Below, one piece after another: positions 40,126 to 52,508 of a stretch of DNA of 64,000 nt. The position numbers were made by a program, and so were the translations under genes. The notes beneath the pieces were generated by a model that was given only the letters and a program-made list of their open reading frames with translations, searched no databases and was not told the origin of the DNA. The DNA comes from Kudoa neothunni (taxonomy: Eukaryota > Animalia > Cnidaria). Numbering within the stretch: position 1 is the first letter of the stretch; the number at the start of each line of letters is the position of its first letter. The stretch lies in NCBI GenBank assembly GCA_964304625.1, contig OZ199840.1:7757744-7821743 (forward strand), given 5' to 3'.

Positions 40126-40672
40126 ATGATGAGAGGAGTAGTTTGCTTACTAATATCATGTCTTGCTGTAGGATTAATCTCAGCAGAAGCAGGTAATTAA
40201 AGTTGATTCTGATATATTTAATTAGAATTATTCGATGTAATAATTTTTGGCTGGATAGAGAAAGAATTTAAACGTTCTCCTCAAGCTAATGTATGTGGAC
40301 CAGTATGTCCACCAGTATGTGCACCTGCATGTACAGTACAGTGTTGTGCAGCTCCACCACCCCCACCTCCACCTCCTCCACCACCAATCTACATTCCACC
40401 ACCGCCACCACCTCCTCCACCCCCCTCCTCCTCCCCCACCACCACTACCAGCTTTGCCAGGACCACCTGGTCCACCCGGTAAACCAGGACCAGCTGGAAT
40501 GATGGGACCACCAGGACCACCTGGGCCACCCGGACCCGCCGGGCCCCCAGGAATCTCTGGAACACCAGGAGCTCCAGGTGCTCCTGCTCCCCCGCCTGCC
40601 CCATGCCCCAACTTCTGCCAAACAAGATGTACTGAGAGCTGCCCCGTTTACTGCTGCCCAGCCAGAAGATAA
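40126..40672 (+). CDS. Minicollagen, group 1 / Ncol-1 type (nematocyst/polar capsule wall), with a +1 frameshift in this sequence
   Basis: Signal [22 protein letters not shown], intron 40193-40258, propeptide ending [24 protein letters not shown], poly-Pro, 14 Gly-X-Y triplets, [22 protein letters not shown]. The frame changes at the C6 run 40420-40425. Confidence 0.95.
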
Positions 40673-41039
40673 ATGTTCAACAGCTGATGACATCACAGTT
40701 TAGTTGGGTTACTGATTAGTTACAATTTAGAATTCATATTTATAGCGAAATTTTCATAGTATGATTATTTTTATTGCAGCAAAAAAATTTCCCCATATTT
40801 TATTAACTTTTTTAAAACTGTTTCATATATGATATATATCTCGTATTTTCATAGTTATTTCAACACAAGTATTATTTATCACAAACATTGTTGATTATTT
40901 CGATTGACTTGACCATATCAATAAATTGACATTAATTTTCCACACCGTAACCGTTTTATCATATTAAAATAAAGCTGTATATTGTAGCTTGTTATTAAGG
41001 CATGAAGTTTATAATCCAAATCGTGTTAAGTTAACATTT

Positions 41040-41860
41040 TGCCATGGCGTCTGACATTCTATTGGACTCCTTGAAATCGCGCGTAAATAAACAACGGCGG
41101 AAAAGATCTGATTTGAGCAAGTATGTTGAAGAATCGGCTGTTTTAGAAATATTAACATGAAATTATTTGTAAATAATGAGGGTTGGTTTCATAAAAAGCA
41201 AAACTATCAATAGGAGCATTCTGCATCATTGTACTATCGTTCCATTGTAGAATCATTCAAATGCTGATCTCTTTTGCCACTTCGTTATTTTAAGATCCGA
41301 GAAATTGAGAAATGCGGAGATTGAATTTTTTTTCGTTGTAGCTTACGATGGGTTAGTGTTTAAAATAATATATAATCACATATGATACAGAACAGAGGTT
41401 AGTTCTCAAAATATTGCTTTTTAGCATGTTAATTTCTTGTTGTGAAATCCAAGTTTAACCTTCTAAATAGAATGGGATAGATTTCTAGCCCATTTTTATT
41501 TGAAGGCTGAAAATGTTTTAGCTACTTAGAAGGTTAAAGGTACTCGCAAACATTGTGTGTTAATATTTTACGACTTAGCGTATTAAGAAATATTCAGTAT
41601 TCGATGATAACTGATGAGTCCCAAGATTGTAAAAACAAACAAACACTTATCGTTATCATTTGCCTTTATGATAAATAAAATAATAGAAGACAAATATCTA
41701 TGTTTGGCGTCATTGCAATAACCGAGTGTAATTCAGTTATTTTTGCAAATCATTTATAAAGGTGTTTGTTGTCTCATAGATTTGAGTTCGATATCTCTTT
41801 TCTATGTGGCTTGTCTCGTGGAGCTAAAGAAAAGATTATTTTAGATAATCCAATTTTGTG
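41040..41860 (+). pseudogene. Decayed hAT transposase (DUF4371/ZMYM1-like region)
   Basis: ITDESQDCKNKQTLIVII at ~41608 resembles the hAT first catalytic motif DESxD. Many stops and frameshifts. Confidence 0.5.
41459..41533. mobile_element. 75-bp piggyBac-type MITE
   Basis: TTAA|CCTTCTAAATAG...CTACTTAGAAGG|TTAA. Its reverse complement aligns with the left end of the 8493 element. Confidence 0.8.
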
Positions 41861-43867
41861 GCATTAAAAAATAATTCAGCTAGTAATAATAAATTTTGTG
41901 TTGGATAATATTTTAGAAATTCTGGTATGGCTCCAAAATTTTGATTGATGTTTTAAATATTCTGTTGCTTTTATCTTAGTGGAAGTAATTTTTGAGGAAA
42001 AATATTTTTTCAAAGGAGAGAAAATTCTAATCAATAAAAACATCTTCGATGGTTTTTCAATTATATTAAAACTGAGAAAATAAATCATGATTATTTTGGT
42101 TCATAAATAATATTACTATGTGTTTTTGCACCATAATATAGTAATCTGAACATAAGTCAACACACAAACCCCTTTTGCCTAAAAGCGTCGATATAAGATC
42201 GGAGTTTTTTAACAGTCTAAGGTTGACATGTCCTACTTACTACGGATTCTGAATACACTTTCGGTAGTGGGGTTGATAATTAACTCTTATTTTAAACTAA
42301 GCTGTTACAAGATTCATTTATTTATTTCTTATAAAAATATCCTTGAAATAATCAAAGCTAATTAAGAAAAAATAAATACATATTACTCTATATTATGATA
42401 ATTCTCATATTTTCTAAATAAATTCGAAAATGGTTTCAAATTTAAGTATATTACGAAGAAAAATAATTTTCCCCAAAATTTAAAATTTTGGACTATAAAT
42501 TTAAAATATCTATATAAATAAATTAAATTGAGAGCTTATTGTTAAAAACTAAAATTTTAATTAATATTTTTTTATGTTTTATCATAAAATTGATGATCTG
42601 ATCATCAGAGTTTAAAAAACAAAAATAAAAAATAATTTTATCATATTTGATATATATTATGCATTATTAAATCACCAACAAAACGATTCTGAAAACTCGA
42701 TTAGTCGTTTTAAAATATAAAACATATATTTCAAGTAAATAACTCTACGTCACGAGACGATAAAAACTCAGCTCCAGACATTAATAATAATAAAAATAAT
42801 CACACGCCACGAATCATTTGTTGTTCGTTTTTAATCCCTTGAAATATTTTATATCAAAAATTTTAATGTATTAAGTTAATTTTAATTGAAAAATAAATAT
42901 TGACATTAAAAAAATTATTTCCTCCAATTTGTATTTGAATAAGGAAGGAACAGCTAATAAATCTCTTTCTGTATGATAACGCTTTCTTATCGTGATGATG
43001 ACTATTCCAATAGTTAGCAAAATAAACAATAACTTTATGACCAAAAAATAAATGTTTTAATGTGTTTTAAACTATGGAAATTTTATTTGTTTATTTACTT
43101 TTTTGCTGTTTTGAAAAATGTAATAAATATTTTAGGCCTGTTAAATATTATATTTAAATCTTTATATATTTGAACAAAATTATTTAAATTAAAAACATAA
43201 AAACTTTGTTATGTGTAGGTTCTTAACATATTAACAATTAAAATGAATAGAAATGATTTTTGAACTAGAAGATATGTTGTATTAATTTTACTCTTAACGG
43301 CTATTATAATTTATTTAGTTTTAAATAATAAAACCGCCTAATTTAATTTAGGGCTTTGGATCTATTTCATAGAACTGGAACACTTGTTCAAAAACACAAC
43401 TGATCAAAGTTAGCATAAATCACATGGAAATAAACTTCATCAAGTAGAAAATTTACACTTATTTTAATGTATGATTCATTAAAGAGTCTCTTTATAGCAT
43501 CGCATGACTGAAATTAAACTGGAGATTCATAACTAATGGTGAATTATTTCTAAAGCATTTTATAAATTTTAAAAGTTCTCACAACACATTTATTATTTCA
43601 AATCTAATTTATGATATATTTTCAAAAGACGATACTATCAAACAACAATAACAATAGGAATCCATTAATTTTATTAAGTTTTCTTGAATCAAACAAAATA
43701 AAGGTTATCAATTTACTGCAAAGAAAAATCACCCATATCAAATATTCGATGAAAAAGTTGAATGTAAATGAATCAAGTTTCAAAGCGGAACATATTTGTC
43801 AAAAGAATCAATTTTTTTCTCAGTTGAACAAAGTTTTTTTTCAAGTGGGTAGGATAAGGATTTTAGA

Positions 43868-44756
43868 TTATCTCTTGGTCTGGCGTGGTTCAGTAATTGG
43901 TTGTTTGGTGGCTGCTGAAACAAACCGATATAATTTGAAGCACATTTCGCATCAGAGCAAGGACGACGGCAATATAAGAGATCTTCTTGTTGATCGTGGT
44001 AGGTTCTAAATTGAAAGAGTTGATTATTGCATGGAATCGTTAGAAAACCCGTTTCCTGGTGAGCGACATCCTGTTTTTGCCAACAACGCCAAGTTATATA
44101 AAATCCTATTGGATTCTTTGTAAACCATTATAAGGTTTGAAGTTGAATTACCTTTTTCTGGATATTCTATTAGGATTAGCACCTTAATAACAATAAGAGA
44201 CGATTCAGATTGATATAAATACATGACAGAGAAAATGCAAGTTCAACCAAATTCGCTATTAAAAACACGATTAATAGAACCAGGATTGATGTCGTCAAAG
44301 TTTTTAACGTGTCAAAATCAATTTCCTTCCTTTTAAATCCATCCAAATAATGTCCTATTAGATTTAAGTAAAACAATGTTCATCCTTATAATACAATCTA
44401 TTGACACTTGTATTATATGAATAACAATTCTGTATTTCGCGGTGTTTTTGGGTAGGCACAAGAAACAAATGACTATAATTTGTCAAATGGTGGTCCAAAC
44501 GTGCTGAACCAACATTTGAGTAAATTTGCTCGTTGTAAATATCTCGTTCATTTATTATCTCGTAGTATAAACCCGTTTCAATTAAGTAGAAGGTGGTATT
44601 ATCATCAGGGAAGGCCCATAGAACAATCGTCGAATTCTCCATGCTCGCAAAATAACAGTAATTATTCGAAGTTGGGTCTCTAGAGTGTTTCATTTCAGCA
44701 TTTTTGACCATACGAAGTTGATTCAATATCACTAAACTAAGTAAAAACATAAACAT
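43868..44756 (-). CDS. Possible orphan single-pass membrane protein
   Basis: Signal-like MFMFLLSLVILN, a 130-aa ectodomain with several N-x-S/T sequons, then (after a frame change near 44370) the hydrophobic stretch SILVLLIVFLIANLVELAF. The 3' exons are uncertain. Confidence 0.4.
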
Positions 44757-46237
44757 TCTTGGTGGCGATATCCGCTATTTTGTTGTGTTTATAGTAGTTT
44801 CTATAATTCCCCAAGATACCAGGGAAATAGGAATATTTCACATGGAAACAAACAAAAGTCAAATTAAAGACAAATGATTCGACTTATTTATTGCAGATTA
44901 AATTTAACTTTCGATTTTTCCTGTTTAATAAAACTTTTAATATCTATCCAACTAAGAAATGGAGTTATTTATTTTTTTAATATAAAAAAATAAAACAAGA
45001 AAAAATTATTTTAATGAAAACAGATACAATGACTTATGGGTCGTGCATAATCAAAATAGAAATCAAAACAATAACTCACGGTGCGTCGTAATTGTGCGGA
45101 TGTGAACTTAACAAGAAAAAATTAAAAGATTGGATAATATTTTGACCGACTAGCACACTTATTTAGTTTAATATTCGAATTACTTTATAATGTAACACCA
45201 TTTAAAATTATAAGATTCCTTAAAACTGTATTATGCGAAATTAAATTTTTTTATTAAATCATAAAACAACTAGTAGATGCAGATACGTAGATACAGGAGT
45301 TGATTTTTAGGCATCATAGGGAATTCATTAGTTTTAAGAACATTTTATTTCATTTTTCACCCTACAGGGTATGTACTGCATACCCTAACGCCACGTGTCT
45401 GATTTATTTGGTACCTCGCAAGAAAAAAACTTTTATTCAATCATCGATCAACTCAATGCTCCACACTCAAACAAGTTCATAATTTAGTTATATTTATATT
45501 ATTTTTGTTTCAACAAAAATTTTTTTAATTCGGCTCTCGAGGCTTATAAAATAAAAAATTTGGTTTCCTCTATGTTAGCATGAGAATTGTTTAAAATATG
45601 GCGCAATTTTTTAACTATGGTGTTCGTGTTGTCAAAAACAACCCAGCCGTTTTTTGATTTTTTCATAATATGTTGTATTAAAATAAAATATTTTTTTATC
45701 ATCATAGACGAAATTTTATGTTTGTAAAGTCGCTTTAATGTTGGTTGACCAACACTTTAACAAGAGATTAATCAGATTAATTCGCTAATAATAATCACCC
45801 AAACTCAACGCTGGTTTCTTAATTCACAGAGTATATTGAACATTAAGTAAGACATACAAACATCCTCTTAATATTGAATACTCATTTCATCTGAATATCT
45901 AAGCAATATGAATAGAAATGTGATAAATAAACAGTTGCACTCATATGGTATGCGCAGGTTCGAGATCCGACCGGATAGACCGTTGCCAATTATAGGATAC
46001 AGTGCCACCTCACGCTGTGCCTCGACCATAACCCATCTAGAAGTGTGTTCAAATTTCAAATTAATTTTCCCCATGTAAATAATGAAAATTAGTTTAATCC
46101 GTACCACTCATCAAATAAATGATTATTTTTATTCTTATTTTTTAAAATCCATGCATGTCTTGTGTTTATACATATATAACAAATAAACATTAAGTATATT
46201 AATAATAATAATGAACATGAGCTATACGATGGGGCAT

Positions 46238-46312
46238 AGGTTCCGAATTGGGATTCGAACCTGCGTTATTAGAATCAAAAGGCCATGGTGCCATACCACT
46301 CTGCTCTACTCT
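46238..46312 (-). pseudogene. tRNA-Gln-like pseudogene or SINE head
   Basis: Minus strand reads TAGAGCAGAGTGGTATGGCACCATGGCCTTTTGATTCTAATAACGCAGGTTCGAATCCCAATTCGGAACCT. It has A- and B-box-like motifs, TTG in the anticodon region and a GGAACCT 3' end. The 5' acceptor strand does not pair. Confidence 0.5.
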
Positions 46313-47540
46313 CTATCACTCACCCATATGATTGGTGGATTACAACCCTTATAATCCATATGTTACATGGGATAAATATTCTTTGGTCGTCATACGATAG
46401 ATTATAAAGGGTTTTCTTTCGATGACATTCGCAAAGTTTGATTGGGCAAATCTCCTTCCAGGATTTCTCTTTTTCACTGTTTTTACCCCAACTGGATTTG
46501 TTCTGAATACCCTCCTATATGCTTGAAGTCAAAAGTTTTTCTGGAGAAATATTTTTGGTAAAACTCTGAGGATTCACTGTATTGCTTTCGTGTGATTAGT
46601 TAATACTTGAAAGTGAGCATGGATTAAATTTCTGAGTACAGAATTGTATGAATGTTGCTTGAAGTAGGACTGTGTATAAGATTCTGATAAGGGCGTAGGG
46701 GAAGAGACCGATTGTTTGTTATACTAGCTGACTATCGTAAGAGATGGTTATTGTTAGAGTGATAACTGCTGGAGACTATAACACTCCTAATAACTGGAGA
46801 ATGATCCATAATTAATTCGGCTTAACGGAAAACCGAAAAAATACGGGGAATGGAATCATATCGAAACTAAGAAAATCAATAAAGAATCCTTAAAACCCAT
46901 TATAGCCCTGCAACTTATATGTAAATATTTTAACAAATTCTCTCAGTTTCGAACCAATACCCATCAGACGTAATAAGGGCGCTTTGAATTCATGCTAGTC
47001 CTATGTGGAATTTTAATGCATTAATTTCATTGTGCATTTGTTCTATTTCCTATTATCTATCAATTCACATCGAAATATGCTATTAACAGAAAATATTCTA
47101 GTACGAGTATTGTCATATTGGAGTTATCGAATGGCGTAAATACATTAGTTGGAGGAAAAAACCAATCCCCAAATGAATATTAGATGGTGGGGAATGTTAG
47201 TAGAATAATACGAAACTAATCAGAATGATAATAAATTAAAAACGATAACACACGAGACATATTAACATTACTGTTGAAGTTGGCGAGCAAGTGCCTTGAT
47301 TGAGGTTGAAGTTTGTTGATTCAAAATTGTAATACATTTGTCACTTTTCTAAAAGTAATTTAATAAACATTAACGCATGCAGTGTGAGAGAGAGTCTACT
47401 CAATACTAATCTCCTTTAAAACTTGCAATATTTTCTCTATATTCATCGTGTCAATGTGTGGTTGTAGTTGATTGTACGGTTTGTAGGGATTTATCCAGAA
47501 ACCAATCACAAATTAGGAAATTGTGCGTAGATTGTTAGAA

Positions 47541-50500
47541 ATGAAACCGGAAAATCATCGCATCAAAGGGCATTCTTTTGTGTACTATAACCGACCAACC
47601 TATTGTGACAACTGTGAGGATTTTATGTGGACATTGGTGAAACCATGTGCGGTACGTTGTAAAAGTAGGTGTTGAGTTGTTGTGAAGTGATAATTCGTGT
47701 GTTTGTGTAGAATGTAAATATGCGTGCCACGAATGTTGTATGGCTTCGACCAATTTTGAGTGCCCAAAAAAGAAGGTTAACCTCAAAAACAATCAACCCC
47801 AGACCTCACCATTAGCGTTCACGCCTTATCATCCCAACAGCAAAATAGAATCACCATTTAAAAATAATGAGAAAATAGTCAAAGGCACTGTTGTTAATAG
47901 GCAGGATCAATCAAGTGAATCCAGTAGGCCCAGTGTTGTAAATGTAATCAATCTAATACATACATAAATACTTGCGCAAATAGTAAATGCTGTATTTATA
48001 AGCGTTTAACGATAACGGCTATATTTCACTTAATATCTACCATCAGGGCTGCCGGGGCTTTGGTTTTTCTCGAGATCTTAAGTTTTTTATGGTCACTTTG
48101 GGTTCTTGAGGGGTTTTTACATTTTTTTAAAATTCTTTGGGTTTTATTAAAAACCCTTAAAAATTGAATAATAACACACATTTTTTGATGTGCGACATTA
48201 GTATTTATATTTTTAATAACGTATCCTATTCAGATTATGTCATTCAGAGTTTAAACATTTACCATATTGAATGAGAGCATTTTAGATTGTTCATGTGACA
48301 TGATTATATAATTACTTAGTAAACATTGTCGCATATTGTTAAGAAATTTAAACGTTATTTCAAAATATATCTTGAAATGTGAAGTAATTAACTGTGAGTA
48401 TATTGATCTATATTAGACATTAGTTATGAGTGGGTGTTTGCGTCAAAAAATTGCAATAATACGACGATAAATTAAAATTTATATCTGAAGACTTAATTAT
48501 AGAATCGGAAGAAGAGTTAAAATTTTAAGATACGTTCTATTTTTGGTTGTACGTTAAACTAGAGTTTTTCTCGACCTTGGGATTTTTTTAAAGCCCCGCT
48601 AGCAGCAGCCCTGCTTATCATTCTTATATAATGTTCGTCTGAATAGGAGAAACCCCATGAGAATATTTCGTTTGACGAAATACCTGTAAGATTGAAATAT
48701 GTTTAATTGTGCTGTGGACACATTTTGAAAATTTTTTTCTAGTGCACACAGGGGCATGATTCGGCCTGCAGTTCACTTATCACCGATTCGCCCAATGATC
48801 ACCTCACCAAACAACTTGCTATGGCTTTTCCATACAAATATTCGTCTAGCGAAATATTTCAACGTGTGTTCTCGTACAACCGGGGTTCGTCTGGATTGGC
48901 GCTTACTATGGTAGGTTTTCCGAAATGGTTGAGATTTTGTTTGTTTGGCGATTAAATCGACATTAACTCGATCAATTTAATCGATTTTATTTGAGATTTA
49001 CTTGTAAAAAGTTAAATTTTATAAGAGTTCAATAGTTATGCTGTAGCAACTCCTGTGTTGCAGAAATGAACAATTTGAAACTAGGCATATAATTAATCAA
49101 GTTGAATAGCCAATTTATTTAAAAATACTCCTTAAATAATTAAATTTTAAATTTAATGTCTAGTGTCAGGGTTCCACTAACTTTCGAGGTTTTATACGAA
49201 TAAAAATCAATCTGACAAGACCTGTCAATGTGAAAAGTGGCTCCGAAGATATGACACTTAGAAGGGCGCTTTCGGCGTCTTCAACAAAAAACTCAGCGAA
49301 CGAACCGAATTACATCGCCGGTCTATCTTCTCATTATAGCAATATAATTGTTAATGTACCTAATGATGAAAAATCACCCGACGAATATGACGAGTAGTCT
49401 AAAATCTCCAATCAAATTTTTCATATGATGTTATAGTGACGAGAATAATTTTTGTAAATCTTCAAACAGTTTGTCTCATTCCAAAAATAAACGTTGGGTT
49501 AGTTGTTTCTTAAATGTTTGCTGTGTTGACGACTTTCTTATGTGTGTGTGTGTGTGTGTGTCTGTAGGTGAGGCAAACCTTTCATATTCCCAAAGAAACC
49601 ACCTCCGCTCTGCATGTTCGAAGTGACACTACTTCAAGAGAGGTAATTTTTTTTTCCAAAACAATAGCATTAATATTAATTTATTTCACCCATTAAACTC
49701 TATGAAATATTTATTACATTAGTTGTAAATAACTCGAGATGGGTAAATTCTGAGAAAATTAGACTAGTTCTTATATTAGGTCAGGGCTTCCCGAGACTCA
49801 TACCTTGAGTCAAGGCAAAAATTTAACGACCGAATATGATTCGGACATAATATACCAATTCTAAATAATCGGTATCTCTCTCGAAAATATATCATACGTG
49901 ATTCATGCACTATCGAAGCTGATATAAGTCTGATAAATCAATAGTCAATTGATGAATTTTATTGAAAATTAATTTGTTCTCTATCTACCATTTTCTATTT
50001 ATTAGTATCTGGAATAGAAACGATAGGTAATTTCTTTTCTCCTCATAAATAAATTATTTAACTAAAATCTTACGTATGTCTACGTAAAAAATTTTGAAAT
50101 ATTTACTTTTTATTGGATAAGATAAACAACTCATAAATTGTTTTAAAATGAGTTAAATTATTGAATAAAAAATTTTTTTCAAGTAAACTCTAAGGTAAAT
50201 AAGAATTAAACGTTAATTAGCGTCAAGATTAAGTTTTTTATTTTGTTTGTTGAATTCTTTTAGATAGTTATGCTTCAAATTAGAATAAATTTGCAGTTGA
50301 ACATTATATAAACTGAAACTTTACATTCGAAATTTCGCGTTAGCGCCAATATTCTCATCTAATATTCTGCACTAAAATATTAATATATCTAATTAATTCA
50401 CAAATTATGATTTATGTGTCTCTTTCATTGATATAGAGCTCCGTTTTTACATAATTATTGCCAAAAAACATGAAAAAAGCCAAAACGTTGAATTTATTAT

Positions 50501-52373
50501 CAGTTGTATATATTTTACAATCGAACCTAGATTATCCGGAAGATATTTTAAATTTTACTTGGGTTTTATTGAAATTACGCGTCGATAAATGTTCGATTAT
50601 CCGGAATCTAGGTAAATAGAACTACCGTTTAATCATAATTCCGAATTAAAGTACCACCCATCACCGTACGAAATACACAATGTAGCATATATGTTAATGT
50701 AATGTTTGAAACAAAAATAGTTCTAGGTTAATTATTTATAAACTTTTATTTTAAAGCTTAAATTTAGCAATAAGTTTTATATAAATTTGTATTGTATCTG
50801 AACACATGCATGTGTGTATTTGAAACAAACATTAATTATTGATTTTTTTAAAAGTATATTACTCCATCATGAACTGATTTTTCTCCTATAATCGTAATCA
50901 TGTACTTTTTTTCTTGTGCGGCTCCACATTCTTAGTTAATAGATACGCCGATATTTTTAATTCAAGTTTAAAAAGTCAAACTATTCTACTTAATAAATAG
51001 TAAAAATCGTTTATAAATTTATTAAACAATCCTTTAAGTAGAAATTTTGAGGAAAATTCGCTTACTAACCAATGCTTATGTTCGATTGTCCGAAATTTCC
51101 GTATAATCGAGGATCGACTGTATTAACATTTGTTTTCTTGTTGATATAATTTTAGTAAAAATATTTTCCACGGCTAAAAAGAATCAATTTTTAAACCCCA
51201 TTTTTGAGAAGGGATGGGAGTTGTCCTCATAAGTTTGGGGTCGGCAACCTACAACCCGCCATGCATTGACATACAGATTTCTCTTAATATATAAAGTAGC
51301 TTAATAACTTTTAGTTTTTTTATCTAGATCGTTTTTCTAAATGTTAATATGTTGTCGATGTAAACATTTTAGTAGACTAAAATTCATTTTTATTCAATCA
51401 GAAAACCGGAATAAATATGACTTCTAAAATAACGTCAAAATTATATCTATAAAAGTGTGAAATATTTTTACGAAGGCGCATATGCATATAGGTACATCTA
51501 ATGTTATTTGATATTATCCAATAAATCGTTCATTCACAAGTTAAGCACGGGTTGATCACACTGCACTTGCAAATTATTAGAATATAAAAGTTTTGATGTG
51601 ACGTACTTTGGCAGTTTATGTAATTTTTATAATTACTTATTTTTATATTTAGATGTCAACTGTTAATTAAGAATAATTTATCATTTTAGTAGCTGAATTT
51701 TAATACGGCCCGCCACTCCAAACGGTTGCCGACCCCTACCTGTCATATGTTATGTGGTAGGGGGGGGGGTTGCTGAAACTAAAATTAATCGGGAAGCGCT
51801 GACTTAAGAACTATTCAACTGCTTTACATTTTTAAATAAATTATGTAAAAAAATTACTTTTAATTTTAAATTATCCATCTGCTTTTATTTAGATTATAAT
51901 AATGCTCTTGAAAAAATACAGTATTTTGGGCAATCCACTCAAATACTCGTTATATGTTCAGAGAAAAAACCCCGAGAATCCCTCCAGCACCATGACCACC
52001 GCTGAAATTCCCGATGCCGCATGTCCGCTAATGCTTCTTTTGGAATGGGGTCCTCTCAATACTAATTATACAATATCGTTCAGCGAGAAAATCCTCAAAG
52101 ATAACATTGTATGCACGTTTGTTTTTGTGATGTAGACTCTCAATTGAGCATAATCTGACATTTTGTTAGTATGAACACTTTAGCATTCCTGAGCTGACGA
52201 ACTTTCATAAAATAATTACATCCGAAAAATTGAAGGCTATTACGAAAGTAATATTTTTAATGCAGTCAGGTTTTTTATCATTTTGACACTTTTAGGTGGA
52301 CGAAAAATTTTTAGATTACGAAAAAGCTTTAAATGATGTCCTAAATCTCGATTCTAATCCTAAACTTTTATAA
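47541..52373 (+). CDS. RASSF1/RASSF5-like protein (C1 + Ras-association + SARAH)
   Basis: C1 domain HSFVYYNRPTYCDNCEDFMWTLVKPCAVRCKKCKYACHECCMASTNFEC. Also FRGFIRIKINLTRPVNV (49164+), RQTFHIPKETTSALHVRSDTTSRE (49568+), IIMLLKKYSILGNPLKYSLY..CPLMLLLEWGP, and SARAH YEHFSIPELTNFHKII. Stop at 52371-52373. Confidence 0.85.
48044..48613. mobile_element. hAT-type MITE in a RASSF intron
   Basis: CAGGGCTGC...GCAGCCCTG ends. Weak 8-bp TSD TCTACCAT/CTTATCAT. Confidence 0.55.
49541..49560. repeat. (TG)10 microsatellite next to a splice acceptor
   Basis: Directly visible; followed by TCTGTAG and an exon. Confidence 0.9.
50518..51120. mobile_element. pogo/Tigger-type MITE in a RASSF intron
   Basis: TA|CAATCGAACCTAGATTATCCGGA...TCCGTATAATCGAGGATCGACTG|TA. 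Confidence 0.7.
51235..51738. mobile_element. hAT (Charlie-like) MITE in a RASSF intron
   Basis: GGGGTCGGCAACC...GGTTGCCGACCCC perfect 13-bp inverted repeat. Terminal bases and TSD are degenerate. Confidence 0.6.
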
Positions 52374-52508
52374 AAATTGTAACTGTTGTATTTGGTTTTT
52401 ATCTATGAACAGTTGTGTATTTTTTAGCCAACTCCAAATATTTAGTTGTAGTTTTTATTCATATAGAGAATGAATGAAATGAATTGCGCATTGAAAGCTC
52501 GATATTAA

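Noticed and set aside
40228-40696. Gly-rich antisense ORFs and the His-rich start of ORF 40289
   Set aside because: These are shadows of the Pro/Gly codon repeats and of the minicollagen frameshift.
41611-41640. Hammerhead core CTGATGAG
   Set aside because: No stem II or GAAA follows; it is the TDES codons of the hAT remnant. Other CTGATGA hits (806, 40684) also lack the fold.
45950-46035. HDV-like ribozyme (CACCTCACGCTGTG)
   Set aside because: The L3 CC and P1.1 GG are missing and P1 needs a bulge, so I could not build the nested pseudoknot.
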